Shown in pieces: positions 21,140 through 32,109 of a DNA stretch of 64,000 nt. Below the pieces are notes generated by a model. It searched no databases. It had not been told where the DNA came from and worked only from the letters and a program-made list of their open reading frames with translations. The DNA comes from Wickerhamiella versatilis (lineage: Eukaryota). Numbering within the stretch: position 1 is the first letter of the stretch; every line of letters starts with the position of its first letter. The translations under genes were made by a program, and so were the position numbers. Where the stretch lies: contig JAQOWU010000007.1 in the NCBI GenBank assembly GCA_030867685.1, forward strand, positions 806,001 to 870,000, given 5' to 3'.

Positions 21140-22808
21140 ATGGGACAAGCCCGAAAAGAAAAGAACAGGGTTGCTAAGGGCGCTGAGAAGAATGAATCCA
21201 GTCAGCTGAAGACGGGCAACCTCAGGGTGAAGGGTGAAAACTTTTACCGTGATGCGGCGAAGGTTCGTAAAATCAATATGTACAAGGGTGGCAAGGCCCA
21301 ACGCAATGCTAAGGGTGAAATTACCAAGGCTGCGTCGCTTCAGGCCACTGATATCCCCACAGCTCGTGTCGAGCCGAACAAGCGTTGGTTTGGCAACACA
21401 CGAGTCATCTCACAAGATGCTCTTGCGCACTTCCGCGACGCTGTCTCCAATGTGCAGCAAGACTCCTATCAGGTGCTTTTGCGACGTAATAAGCTTCCTA
21501 TGTCTCTTCTGGAAGAGTCGACAAAAACGCCAACAGTAGATATCACTGAGACAGAAAGCTATGCATCAACATTTGGTCCCAATGCTCAACGAAAGAAGCC
21601 GCGGATGGCCGTATCCTCCCTCGAGGATCTGTCCAGTTCCGTGGAGAAGGAGCATAAGGACTTCAATGACCGTGATGATATGCAGGGCGAGTATGAAGAA
21701 AACTATGGCTCAGCTAATGGTGATAGTGTTTTCAGAAAAGGCCAATCTAAGCGAATCTGGAACGAACTTTATAAAGTTATTGATTCCTCAGATGTTTTGC
21801 TTCATGTTCTAGATGCGCGAGACCCTCAGGGAACACGCTGCCGCGCGGTTGAGAACTACCTGAAAAAGGAGGCGCCTCACAAGCACCTCGTTTTCGTTAT
21901 TAACAAATGTGACCTTGTCCCTACGTGGGTATCGGTAAGTATAAAATTCTAACAACCCATCGTTAAGTCAAGGCAGCGTCTTAGTTTGTCGTGGCGTTGC
22001 CTGTTACAACTTTGGGAGATCAGACGTGTTGGTACACCTATGGATCTCCGTTTTGGAGGTCCCGTACCAATCACGTATTGGTTTCTAGAGTTGGACAGGG
22101 ACTTTTTCGATGCCCTTTCCTTAGTCGAAACCGAACAAATACTAACTCTTACAGGCTGCTTGGGTGAAAATACTCTCCAGAGATTACCCGACTCTTGCTT
22201 TTCATGCCTCTATAACAAACTCATTTGGCAAAGGTGCGCTCATTCATATCCTACGCCAGTTTGCCTCCCTGCATAAGGATCGAAAGCAAATTAGTGTAGG
22301 GTTGATAGGCTATCCGAATGCAGGAAAAAGTTCGATCATCAACACATTGCGCTCCAAAAAGGTGTGCACGGTTGCTCCCGTCCCTGGTGAAACCAAGGTA
22401 TGGCAGTATATCACGTTGATGCGTCGGATTTTCCTCATTGATTGCCCTGGGATTGTCCCGCCCAGTGCAAACGACACGGAGGCGGACATTTTGTTTAAAG
22501 GTGTGGTGAGGGTCGAGAACGTTAGCGATCCTGAACAGTTTATTCCTGCATTGCTTGATAGGGTCGAGCGCAAATATATCGAGAGGACGTATGACGTCAA
22601 GGATTGGAATACTCCTGGTGAATTCTTAGAACTACTTGCCCGTCGCCAAGGCAAGCTCCTGAGAGGGGGCGAGCCAGATGAGAAGACTGTGGCAAAGTCA
22701 GTGCTAAATGATTTCAACAGGGGCCGCATTCCTTGGTTTGTACCACCTCCCCGTGATAATGACCCTGCCGAGCAGAAGAAGGAAGGCGTTAAGGATCAGA
22801 AATCATAG
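21140..22808 (+). CDS. NOG2: Nucleolar GTPase Nog2, two exons (21140-21934, 22155-22808)
   Basis: [43 protein letters not shown] and DCPG motifs. Splicing restores [14 protein letters not shown]. Confidence 0.97.
21935..22154 (+). other. Spliceosomal intron (220 nt, phase 0) of NOG2
   Basis: GTAAGT donor at 21935, TACTAAC branch at 22140-22146, CAG acceptor ending 22154, in-frame join. Confidence 0.95.
21955..22140 (+). ncRNA. SNR191: Intronic H/ACA snoRNA snR191/U19 homolog
   Basis: Hairpin 1 pocket AGTCA/GTTAC and 3' hairpin pocket AGAGT/TAGT match LSU helix 69 GUAACUAUGACUCU. H box AGATCA at 22017-22022 and ACA at 22135-22137, each about 14 nt after its pocket. Confidence 0.9.
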
Positions 22809-23316
22809 CTGAAATGCTAATTAAATTTCTTATTTATATATATAGAAGAGTCTAGTTAGCCTTCTCCTCAGGTATCTGCTGTGATACACTCTGGGTAAGC
22901 ATGTGGAGCCAGTCATTATGGGGTGATTCTTAGTTTGCAGCCTAAAACTGTATATAAACATTTCCGAGAGTGCACTCCTCGCTATACTTTTTTTTGGTTT
23001 TTTTTTATTAGCTCACTTGTCACTTACGAAAATATTGGGTATGGGTATGGTAATATTTACGACAGGAATTAAGACCCTACTGCTTTTCGAAAAGAATTTT
23101 CAATAAAATTCAGGATAATATCGAGATTTCTCAGAGAATGTTATTATCTTAATGATGTGTCGACAAATCCACTGTTGATCTCTATCTGATGCTGTCCAGA
23201 TTGATATGTACCCCGCCCGGGGATATGCAAGTAACATCGCGAAAGTCACGTAAGTCACAGGGGTAAGGGCAAAATTGGGTATAAATCGAATTTTTGGGGT
23301 ATACCGCTGCTACAAA

Positions 23317-25368
23317 ATGATTTTTTATACCCTGTTACCATTCCTGATGGTGCAGTGCGCAGCGTTGTACGTTGGCACTGCTTGGTATCCGGAACAGTTC
23401 CCTATTTCAGCATATGATCAAGATCTAGATATGATGAAGGACGCAGGAATAAAGGTAATTCGTTTGGCAGAATTCTCCTGGAGCACTCTGGAGCCTTCTG
23501 AAGGCAATTATGACTTTTCTTGGTTGGATGCAGCTATCAATAAGGCTTCGGCCCGAGGCTTCAAGCTTGTTCTCGGCACACCGACATCCAGTGCTCCTGA
23601 ATGGGTCACAGAAAAGTATCCAGATACCCTGTTCGTTAATTCTTCATTTGTGAGACAGAGACATGGTTCTCGCGAACAATACAATTACCGCAGTGAGAAA
23701 TACCTGGAGCTGGGACGCAAGGTTGTCACTCAAATGGCGAGGCGCTATGCCAATAATACGAATGTGATTGGATGGCAGATTGATAACGAACTCAAGAATC
23801 CGTCCTTCGACCCCAGTACCTTGGAGCAATGGGCCAGCTGGTTGGAGGACAAGTACTCCACGATTGACAATTTGAATTCCAAATGGACCACTAGCTACTG
23901 GAGTCAAACATACCAAAACTTCAGTCAAATTCCACCAGGCATCAATCTAGGTGAAGGCCAGAACCCTGGCCTTATGTTGGATTGGGCGAGATTCACGAGC
24001 GATGGCTATCATGACTACGTTGCGAATCAAGTATCGGTAATTCGGAATTTTACAAAGGCCCAAAACTCCAGCCAATTCATTACGACGAATGCACTGCAGG
24101 ATCTCAGCACTAATAATTACTTCAACCCGCTCTCTGTTTATGACCAGCTGGATCTGGCGGCTTGGGACGACTACGTCTATCCCACGGACGACTATAACTA
24201 TGACTGGGTGGGAAACGCTTTTAAACATGATACCGTACGTGGGTACAAGGAAGGTAAGAATTTCTGGGTGATGGAGACGATGCCGCCATTTGTTGATTGG
24301 CAGGACGAAAATCTACCGTTGAGCCCGCAGGCCATGCGCACTTTTGCATGGCAGGCAGTGGGCAAAGGATCCGATGCCATACTCTACTGGCAATGGAGAA
24401 GTGCTGCGAATGGAGAGGAGACAACGCACGGAAGTCTGGTTGGAATCGACAACCACACGACACCATCGTATTACGAGGTTCAGAAGATCGCAAAAGAGTT
24501 TGAACAGGCATCATCTGCTATTGACGGGTCAAGTGTGAAAGCTAACGTGGCATTGATAAACGATTTCACTGATCGTGTTGCCTTGAGCACCCAGTCCCAG
24601 AACAAGAGGTTTATACCATTGAATGTGAGCCAAAACTTCTACAACCCGCTCCTGAAACATGCTCAAGTTGTGGATATTATCTCGACCTCACAGCCATTTG
24701 ACTCCTACGAACTCATAGTAGCCCCTTCGCTCTTTGTACTACCCCAGAATCTATCGGACCGGCTTGAGAAGTATATAAGGAATGGCGGTCATCTTGTGCT
24801 GGGTCCCCGCAGTGGTAGTAAGGATGAGTATAGTCGTCTGAATCCCCAAGGCCAACCAGGACCTTTGGCGGATACCCTCGGTAGCAAGGTGGACCTCTGG
24901 TTCTCAATTTCGAAGGCCAATGCATCACTATCGTCATCCTCTAATTCATATCTTAGTGGTGGAAATGCAACTATTTGGTCCGACAAGCTGAATGTGAAGA
25001 CTAATGACACAGAAATTGTTTTGACCTACGATGAGTTCAATGGCTGGTGTGATAATACACCTGCTGTGGTTACGAGGCCTGTCGGTAAAGGACGAATCAC
25101 GTATGTTGGCACTATTCTCGATGAGGATACGATTGAGGCACTAACAACATCGTGGCTGGCTGAAACCAGCGTTTCTGGCGTTCCTGTATCGGATGATATT
25201 GAGTTCACAGTCCGGGAGAAATCGGGCAAGAAGGTCTATATTATAATCAACCACGGCAAGTATACTCGACAGGTCCCACTTAAGCAGTCGTTGACGTCTG
25301 TCCTCACCAACACTACTACAAATAATACCGTGAAGCTTCAGCCGTACGGTGTGGAGGTCCTGGTATAA
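23317..25368 (+). CDS. Secreted beta-galactosidase, glycoside hydrolase family 42 (bacterial-type family)
   Basis: WYPEQ, AEFSWSTLEPSEG.YDF.WLD, LGTPT..AP.W, WQIDNE (acid/base), FWVME (nucleophile) and YWQWR..GEE..HG motifs. Hydrophobic signal peptide from ATG 23317; TATAAA at 23280. Confidence 0.92.
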   Translation: MIFYTLLPFLMVQCAALYVGTAWYPEQFPISAYDQDLDMMKDAGIKVIRLAEFSWSTLEPSEGNYDFSWLDAAINKASARGFKLVLGTPTSSAPEWVTEKYPDTLFVNSSFVRQRHGSREQYNYRSEKYLELGRKVVTQMARRYANNTNVIGWQIDNELKNPSFDPSTLEQWASWLEDKYSTIDNLNSKWTTSYWSQTYQNFSQIPPGINLGEGQNPGLMLDWARFTSDGYHDYVANQVSVIRNFTKAQNSSQFITTNALQDLSTNNYFNPLSVYDQLDLAAWDDYVYPTDDYNYDWVGNAFKHDTVRGYKEGKNFWVMETMPPFVDWQDENLPLSPQAMRTFAWQAVGKGSDAILYWQWRSAANGEETTHGSLVGIDNHTTPSYYEVQKIAKEFEQASSAIDGSSVKANVALINDFTDRVALSTQSQNKRFIPLNVSQNFYNPLLKHAQVVDIISTSQPFDSYELIVAPSLFVLPQNLSDRLEKYIRNGGHLVLGPRSGSKDEYSRLNPQGQPGPLADTLGSKVDLWFSISKANASLSSSSNSYLSGGNATIWSDKLNVKTNDTEIVLTYDEFNGWCDNTPAVVTRPVGKGRITYVGTILDEDTIEALTTSWLAETSVSGVPVSDDIEFTVREKSGKKVYIIINHGKYTRQVPLKQSLTSVLTNTTTNNTVKLQPYGVEVLV

Positions 25369-25490
25369 TGTAGAGACATGAGTTTACTGTTCACCTCACT
25401 TTGAACCAGTATGTAAAATTAAAAGATATGAAAAAATGTCTAAACTATATGCAAAGATTTTTAAGATCAGTATCCTTAGAGAAGCTCTCC

Positions 25491-26198
25491 TTATTGGCCT
25501 CTCTCCACTAAAATTTCGTTTATAAGTGGCAAAATACTACTGCCTCGCTGTAACGCGTCCTGAAATTTAGATCCGAGAACCTGAATATCACGAATCACTA
25601 AGTCGGTACCCTTCTTCCAATTAGGAGACTTCATATCACTCCGAGGCCACGAGAAGTCTCTCACTGAGCCAAATTTTCCACCAAGATTTGTGTCAACGAT
25701 CTCCAATTCATCGCTATTCTCAATGATGGGCTCTGGGCACCCTGGTGCTATGACATCGTTATGCGAGTCGTGAATACGGCATTGTTGACAATTGAAAACC
25801 AGCAGGCAGTCAACCACATTGGATATATATACAGGACCCTGAACATTAGTAGCGATCACCAGAGAATTGGACAAATTGGCGATTGTTAGAGAAGGTTTGG
25901 CTTCCAAAATTAGCTTGACCTCATTGCATGAACGGGTAGCCTGATTCTCAGATGCAGTAAAGGGCTTGTGCGCATTCCCAGATTCTGAATGGGTCGGCTG
26001 CGAGGAGGGGTTATGCGAGAATTTGAATCTACGCGGCTTGGTCCTAAGTCTTGAAACCGCCGCATCTAGCCCTGCCTCAAGCTTATCAACATCATATGAA
26101 ACGAGTTCGTCACGGTTCTTTCTAATATCATTACGGAGAGCTTCAGCATCGGATAGGGTGGTTAGATTTCGCAGGCGTGCTTCTAGCTGGCCTTCCAT
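25491..26198 (-). CDS. Tubulin-specific chaperone C
   Basis: KPRRFKF, GPVYI, CQQCRIHDS, PIIENS and VRDFSWP..SPNW motifs. ATG at 26198. Confidence 0.88.
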   Translation of the reverse strand: MEGQLEARLRNLTTLSDAEALRNDIRKNRDELVSYDVDKLEAGLDAAVSRLRTKPRRFKFSHNPSSQPTHSESGNAHKPFTASENQATRSCNEVKLILEAKPSLTIANLSNSLVIATNVQGPVYISNVVDCLLVFNCQQCRIHDSHNDVIAPGCPEPIIENSDELEIVDTNLGGKFGSVRDFSWPRSDMKSPNWKKGTDLVIRDIQVLGSKFQDALQRGSSILPLINEILVERGQ

Positions 26199-26233
26199 CA
26201 CCACATTACGTCATCAACAGCGTTCCTTTGGCC

Positions 26234-26509
26234 ATGGAAGAAGCAATCGGTGAGATACAGCAGCTGGTTGCGGACTTCGGCACTGTCGACTATGTGGGCC
26301 AGCAGGATTGTAAGCGTTTGACTGACTATGCATCCTATGGAGGTCTCGCGCTGTCCATCTTTGCAGGACTCGTATCTAAACGATTCGATGTTGCCGTCTT
26401 CGGTGCAGTAGCAAGCATTGCAGTGGTGATGGTTCTCTGCCTGCCCTGGCCAGCTTATAAAAAGCATCCTTGTACGTTCAGGGAGCCAAAGGGTCTCCGG
26501 TTAAACTGA
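26234..26509 (+). CDS. SPC1: Signal peptidase complex subunit 1
   Basis: VDYVGQ, two TM helices and LPWPAYKKHP. ATG at 26234. Confidence 0.85.
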   Translation: MEEAIGEIQQLVADFGTVDYVGQQDCKRLTDYASYGGLALSIFAGLVSKRFDVAVFGAVASIAVVMVLCLPWPAYKKHPCTFREPKGLRLN

Positions 26510-26894
26510 ACAAAAGTGGTACCTGTTTCTCAACTGCTGTCCCTGCCTCCCCTGCTGCTATAACGGGGTTAGTGCAAGATGCAATAAAATATATGCTACT
26601 CTCTATAACATATTAATCCCATTGCTAGTCTGCACTGTACTGGTTACACCACCCTGTATAGGGAGCTGGTTGCCCGCGGCCTCGCCTCGAGCCTGCCAAT
26701 CATATTTCTCCTATATATATGGCCTTGACAAATTTAAGTAAAAGTGAGGGGTTTAGAACGTATTACATTGCATTAAAGAGAGTATAACAGCGTGATAAAT
26801 ATTAGGGTTTACCCCGCAGGGTAGATGGATGACCCGCTGCTCAAGTGGGCTATTATAAAGCGAGGCCTCCCAGTATTAGCCAGGTTCAATTTCC

Positions 26895-28922
26895 ATGGGT
26901 TCTACAGAGTTGCTCGCACAGGAGCGTGCTGCCGCTTCATTTCCCGTACGGGAATTGACCTATTTTCTTGATGGTAGTCCCGAGCGGACCGAAAAGCTGG
27001 AGAGACTAAAAACTCAAATCGAAAGGACGCCTGCATTCACCAATGACGACTATTATGAGCTTCCGGGCGAGCATTTGAAACTCCGGGAACGTACAATGGT
27101 GAAAGTCGCGGCCATGGCTGAGATGATCAGCCAACAGAACACTGAGGGAGACATCCGAGATTTGATGATGCACCTCTCCGTCCTTGATCCCGGGGCATAT
27201 ACCCGGGTAGGTGTGCATTTTGGGCTATTCTTAGCTGGTGTTCGAGGTTCCGGTACGTCTCAGCAGCTGAATCACTGGGTCTCCATAGGGGCAGGTTCTC
27301 TCAGAAATTTCTTCGGATGCTTCGGAATGACCGAATTGGGACACGGATCTAACGTTGCCGGTGTCGAGACAACAGCCACCTTTGATAAAGACACGGATGA
27401 GTTTGTGATTAACACCCCTTCCGTAACCGCCACCAAGTGGTGGATTGGTGGTGCAGCGCATACCGCGACTCATTGCCTTGTGTTTGCGAGACTAATCGTC
27501 GATGGCAAGGACTACGGTGTCAAGAATTTTGTGGTACCCCTTAGAGACAGGCATGACTGGTCCCTACTGCCAGGTATCGCGATTGGTGACATCGGCAAGA
27601 AAATGGGACGGGATGGTATTGACAACGGCTGGATTCAATTCTCAAGTGTGCGGATCCCAAGACAGTACATGATGATGAAGTACTCAAAGGTCTCGCGGGA
27701 TGGCAAAGTCACCCAACCGCCACTGGCCCAGCTGGCGTATGGTGCTCTTATTGGCGGACGAGTTTCCATGGTCCTGGATTCTTTTGTATGCGCCAGTCGC
27801 GTCCTTACCATAGCCATTCGGTACGCTGCAGTCCGTCGGCAGGGATCGGTTAAAAAAGGTGAGGAAATCCGCTTGCTTGACTACGCCTATCATCAACGTA
27901 GACTGCTTCCACTGTTAGCATACTGCTACGCAATGAAAGCAGGAGGCGTGAATTTGGTAAGTATTCAGGAGTCGGCCACTTCCAAGCTCGCATCAACCGA
28001 CCCCAAGTCACCGGAAATGGCATCTGCCGTCAGCGACGTTAAGGAGCTTTTCTCGGTCAGTGCAGGCCTAAAGGCGTTTTCAACGTGGGGCACTGCGCAG
28101 ATCATTGACGAATGCCGCCAAGCCTGCGGTGGGCATGGATACTCTGCATACAATGGCTTTGGTCAGACCTTTAATGACTGGGCTGTTCAATGTACATGGG
28201 AGGGTGATAACAACGTCTTAACCCTGAGTGCAGGTCGTGCACTGCTGCAGACCGCGCTTAGCTTGCGTAAGGGCAAGTCAGTTGGCGAATCTGGTGCATA
28301 CATTGGTGTCGAGCATAAGCCACTGGGTGCAGATTCTCTTGAGGACCCAAATGCCCTAAATAGGGGCTTTCGCTACGTGGCTGCCCGAGCAATCAACGAT
28401 ATGACCGACTCTTTTGAAAAGTATAGTGGCAGCTTCGAAGAAAAACTCGAGAAATTGTCGAAACAGAGGTTTAATGCCGCTCGTCTGCATTCCCGGGCAT
28501 TCCTGGTCGCAGCCTTCTTCAAGAACATCAGCAGCGCAAAGAAGGAGCTCCAGCCTGTACTTCTAGACCTAGCGACACTTTTCGCGTTGTGGTCAATTGA
28601 ACAAGAAAGCACGGCATTCCTGCAATACGGATTCTTGCCTCATGACAGACTGAATTTCGTCTCAGAGCTTGTTGATAAATATTGTGGTAAGATTCGGGTC
28701 CAGGCAGTTGCACTATGTGATGCCTTCAACTGGTCTGACTTCTTTATCAACTCTCCTATAGGAAATTACGATGGTGATGTCTATAACAATTACTTCCAGA
28801 AGGTGACCTCCTCGAACTCACGGCTTGACACCAAGGCTCCGTACTATGAAACCGTAATGAAGCCTTTTTTCAAGCGGCCCGAGCCAGAATCACCTGATCT
28901 AGAGGATCTAGAGGACGACTAG
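26895..28922 (+). CDS. POX: Peroxisomal acyl-CoA oxidase
   Basis: GCFGMTELGHGSNV, KWWIG, GRDGIDNGWI, CRQACGGHGY and CTWEGDNNVL motifs. Confidence 0.96.
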   Translation: MGSTELLAQERAAASFPVRELTYFLDGSPERTEKLERLKTQIERTPAFTNDDYYELPGEHLKLRERTMVKVAAMAEMISQQNTEGDIRDLMMHLSVLDPGAYTRVGVHFGLFLAGVRGSGTSQQLNHWVSIGAGSLRNFFGCFGMTELGHGSNVAGVETTATFDKDTDEFVINTPSVTATKWWIGGAAHTATHCLVFARLIVDGKDYGVKNFVVPLRDRHDWSLLPGIAIGDIGKKMGRDGIDNGWIQFSSVRIPRQYMMMKYSKVSRDGKVTQPPLAQLAYGALIGGRVSMVLDSFVCASRVLTIAIRYAAVRRQGSVKKGEEIRLLDYAYHQRRLLPLLAYCYAMKAGGVNLVSIQESATSKLASTDPKSPEMASAVSDVKELFSVSAGLKAFSTWGTAQIIDECRQACGGHGYSAYNGFGQTFNDWAVQCTWEGDNNVLTLSAGRALLQTALSLRKGKSVGESGAYIGVEHKPLGADSLEDPNALNRGFRYVAARAINDMTDSFEKYSGSFEEKLEKLSKQRFNAARLHSRAFLVAAFFKNISSAKKELQPVLLDLATLFALWSIEQESTAFLQYGFLPHDRLNFVSELVDKYCGKIRVQAVALCDAFNWSDFFINSPIGNYDGDVYNNYFQKVTSSNSRLDTKAPYYETVMKPFFKRPEPESPDLEDLEDD

Positions 28923-28976
28923 TAGCTAGTGCGTAGATCGATTACATAAGTCAAGTAATAGGATCTGTGAAAAAAC

Positions 28977-30062
28977 ATGTCTGGCAAAATTACGCCAGAG
29001 CTGGTGGGCTGGCAGTTCATTCAGCAGTACTACCCGCGTCTGAACAGGGAGCCCGAGAAACTCTATCAGTTCTACAACAAAGCGTCGTCACTGCTCCATG
29101 GCCATGAGGACGACACTTCCTCAGAGGTTTCGCACGGCCAGGCAGAGATCCGGGCAAAGGTCTCAGCGGAGAACTTCAAGGGCTGCAAGGTTGTTGTGTG
29201 CTCTGCAGACTCCTTGGAATCTGCTGACGGTGGTGTACTCGTCCAGGTTGTGGGTGAGATATCGTGGCCCGAACTTCAATCCCAGAAGTTTGTGCAGACC
29301 TTCTTCTTGGGAAAACAGGATACGGGATATTTCGTTCTGAATGACATACTTCGCATACTGAAGGATGAACCGGTACCCCTGTCGTCCTCTCAACCTGCCA
29401 TACCTCACTCTCGTAACGGATCGGCAGAGCCGGTCTCTGCACCTGAGATTCCGGAGCCCGCACCTGTGGCGCAGCCCGTACAGCCCCCTGTACCGCAGGT
29501 AAATGGGGAGACCCAAAAATCTGTTAATGGAGGTTCCGAGCCACAGCCTACAACTCCGCATCCCGCTGTAGGCCAAGATGCATCAATGGTCTCGCCGCCC
29601 ACCTCGGCCCCAGATACTCGTGCGGCTAAAGGCCAATCTCAAAGCCAGAAAACTAAAACATGGGCTAATGCTGTATCTCAACCGCGACAGCAACCGCAGT
29701 ATGCCCAGAAGGCCAAAAAAAACCCAGTGCCCTCAGCACCTGCGGGACCTGTGGGACCTGCGGGGCCTGCGGCACAATCTGCTCCTCAGGCTCAGGCACG
29801 AGGTTCTAAATCTGGAGACCAGTCTCAGTTCTCAGCATTTTTGAGGCATGTGGTTCCCAAGGTTGACGTAGCCGAACTTGAAGCTGCCCTGAGAAGCTTG
29901 GGCAAACTTGTAAATATTGAAATCGACTCGTCAAAGAACCGGGGATTTGCCCATTTCGCAGATAAGCAGTCGCTCGATCGTGCAATTTCAAAACATGAAG
30001 TAACAGTCAATGGAGAAACAGTGTACGTCGAGACCCGAAACCAGCGTCCAAGGCGTTCTTAA
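28977..30062 (+). CDS. BRE5: G3BP-like NTF2 + RRM protein (Bre5/Nxt3 family)
   Basis: N-terminal NTF2 domain (VGWQFIQQYY..KFVQTFFL..YFVLNDILR), TWANAV motif and C-terminal RRM. Confidence 0.85.
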   Translation: MSGKITPELVGWQFIQQYYPRLNREPEKLYQFYNKASSLLHGHEDDTSSEVSHGQAEIRAKVSAENFKGCKVVVCSADSLESADGGVLVQVVGEISWPELQSQKFVQTFFLGKQDTGYFVLNDILRILKDEPVPLSSSQPAIPHSRNGSAEPVSAPEIPEPAPVAQPVQPPVPQVNGETQKSVNGGSEPQPTTPHPAVGQDASMVSPPTSAPDTRAAKGQSQSQKTKTWANAVSQPRQQPQYAQKAKKNPVPSAPAGPVGPAGPAAQSAPQAQARGSKSGDQSQFSAFLRHVVPKVDVAELEAALRSLGKLVNIEIDSSKNRGFAHFADKQSLDRAISKHEVTVNGETVYVETRNQRPRRS

Positions 30063-30084
30063 AAATTAGTTAGTGGTTATTCCT

Positions 30085-31878
30085 CTAGGGAGCAGTTAGT
30101 TTTAAATCTACCTTTTCAAGCATTTGGCGACAGATGGGGTGATAAAAGTCTCTGTGTTTCTCAAAGGTTTGGAGCGCAAGATCGCGGTCAACAGAGGACA
30201 GCAGACGATACCCGGGCCTGACAAACTTCATTCTGCCAACGGTGCCCAGCCATTCTGCCAGTCTGTGTTTTTCGCTACCAACACCTGTACTGACTGACAG
30301 CGTGAACCACCTATCCTTAACCTCACAGTTGCCATTATTCGCAATACCGTATATGTCGCCCAGCTCCTCAACAGTATCTGCAAGGAACTTGGGTCGCTGT
30401 TTCAACACTAAATTGCAAAGCTCATCCAAAAAGACCACCATTTGAAGTGCTGTAAAGTTTGAGACGTCGCTGGCATCTGCCCATGTGCAATCTCCAGACT
30501 GCGCACTGGACGCCCAACGACCGGCTAGCTGTTGGCAGGGCCAGGCAAGAGATACGTCAAATATAGGTTTAGGTGGAAGTCCGGGGGTGTGCAGCCAAAG
30601 ATTCCAGTCAATCTCTTTAAGCTTTTCCTCCCCGAAAAACTCGGCCAAGGTTGCCTTGAAGTCGTCGGTATCCAGCGACTTCTTGGCCCACTTGGTAAAG
30701 TAGAATTTGACAAATTTGTCAAACTCTTCGCGGCCCAGATGATTTTCCAGATAATACAGGAATGTAGACCCCTTCTCATAGGGTACCGTGCTGAACGCAT
30801 CATCAGGATCTATCTTTCCACCCTGTAAATCCCAAACCAGTGTTTGGAATTCCTCTGGCATCTCATAAATGGCATTCTGGAGATCCTTCCAGCCAATTAG
30901 CATAGAGAAGTGTCGGAAGGGCTCCCCATAGAGCGCACCTAGTATCCGTCGCTCCAGGTATACTGTCCATCCCTCGTTGAGCCAAAAGTGCTCCCATGTT
31001 TTGTTTGTCACAAGGTTTCCACTCCAGCTGTGGGCTAGCTCATGTGCAATTACGTTGACAAGTTGGCGGTCACCACTTATCAGGGTGGGTGTTGCAAAAG
31101 TTATATTCGGGTTCTCCATACCTCCAAAAGGAAAGCTTGGGGGGAGCACCAGGATATCATATGTGTGCCATTCATACGGGAAGGTAATTTTTTCTGCTGC
31201 TTGAATAAATTTCTCGGTGTCGGCCTCAAATTCGTATTGGCATGCTGCAAGCTGAGGTGGTTCACACCAAACATGAGATCGCGGGCCAATGGGAGCCTTC
31301 TGCAGGTCACCAGAGGCTATTGCGAGTAAGTACGACGGTATTGGTATATCCTGAATAGTCAAATATGTATCTTTGGCTGGTGAGGGCTGCTCAACACCAG
31401 TGGATACCGCGGGCCATTGGGATTCCACGATAATTTCAAATGGGCTCTTAACAGCTGGCGTGTCAAAACAGGGGAAAAGCGAGCGAGCATGCAATGCTTC
31501 ACATTGCGAAAACAGATAAGGTGCACGCTTGCTGGCGGTTTGCTGTGGTTCCAGCCACTGCAGTGCAGTGCAGCCCTGGGTCGTTGCAAACGCAAGTTTC
31601 AAAATACCATCGCGGGCACCTTTAGGAAGGAAGATATCGAGCGCTTGGCCCAAAGGCTCTTGAGTTCGACGAAGTTCCCATTTGAGACTATGGTTTTCAA
31701 ACTCAGCAGACAATATTTCAAGATGCGATGTGTCCAGAGTCAGTTGCTGAGACTTGATACCTTGCAAGGTATATGCCACTGACCCACGTAGGACATGGCG
31801 TGGCCAATCCACCTTTAGTGCTAGCACCGTTTTGAGCACGGTAACGCTCAGGTAACTAGATAGAGTGGAGTGGTCCAT
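30085..31878 (-). CDS. LAP2: M1 aminopeptidase / leukotriene A4 hydrolase homolog
   Basis: GGMEN, HELAHSWSGNLVTN..WLNEG, VPYEKG and GRMKFVRP motifs. Confidence 0.95.
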   Translation of the reverse strand: MDHSTLSSYLSVTVLKTVLALKVDWPRHVLRGSVAYTLQGIKSQQLTLDTSHLEILSAEFENHSLKWELRRTQEPLGQALDIFLPKGARDGILKLAFATTQGCTALQWLEPQQTASKRAPYLFSQCEALHARSLFPCFDTPAVKSPFEIIVESQWPAVSTGVEQPSPAKDTYLTIQDIPIPSYLLAIASGDLQKAPIGPRSHVWCEPPQLAACQYEFEADTEKFIQAAEKITFPYEWHTYDILVLPPSFPFGGMENPNITFATPTLISGDRQLVNVIAHELAHSWSGNLVTNKTWEHFWLNEGWTVYLERRILGALYGEPFRHFSMLIGWKDLQNAIYEMPEEFQTLVWDLQGGKIDPDDAFSTVPYEKGSTFLYYLENHLGREEFDKFVKFYFTKWAKKSLDTDDFKATLAEFFGEEKLKEIDWNLWLHTPGLPPKPIFDVSLAWPCQQLAGRWASSAQSGDCTWADASDVSNFTALQMVVFLDELCNLVLKQRPKFLADTVEELGDIYGIANNGNCEVKDRWFTLSVSTGVGSEKHRLAEWLGTVGRMKFVRPGYRLLSSVDRDLALQTFEKHRDFYHPICRQMLEKVDLKLTAP

Positions 31879-32109
31879 ATGACGTAGGTAAGCGGTAACT
31901 CGTAATTCTCAGCTATTCTACGAGGAGCTAGAATTTATTTTTTTTTGTTTCCACTAAATAGCTCCAGCTAATATTAAAGGATTTTTTGTCTTACCTACAT
32001 AGGTTTTTTGCATAATTTCTTTTGCCTACTTTCGACTTACTAGTAAGTGAATTTTTTTAAAAAAAAACAGAAACAAAAGAGGACAATAATTTGAAATGGC
32101 TCAAACTGT

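Noticed and set aside
21986-22276. 96-aa ORF inside NOG2
   Set aside because: Overlaps the intron/snoRNA and runs out of frame through exon 2.
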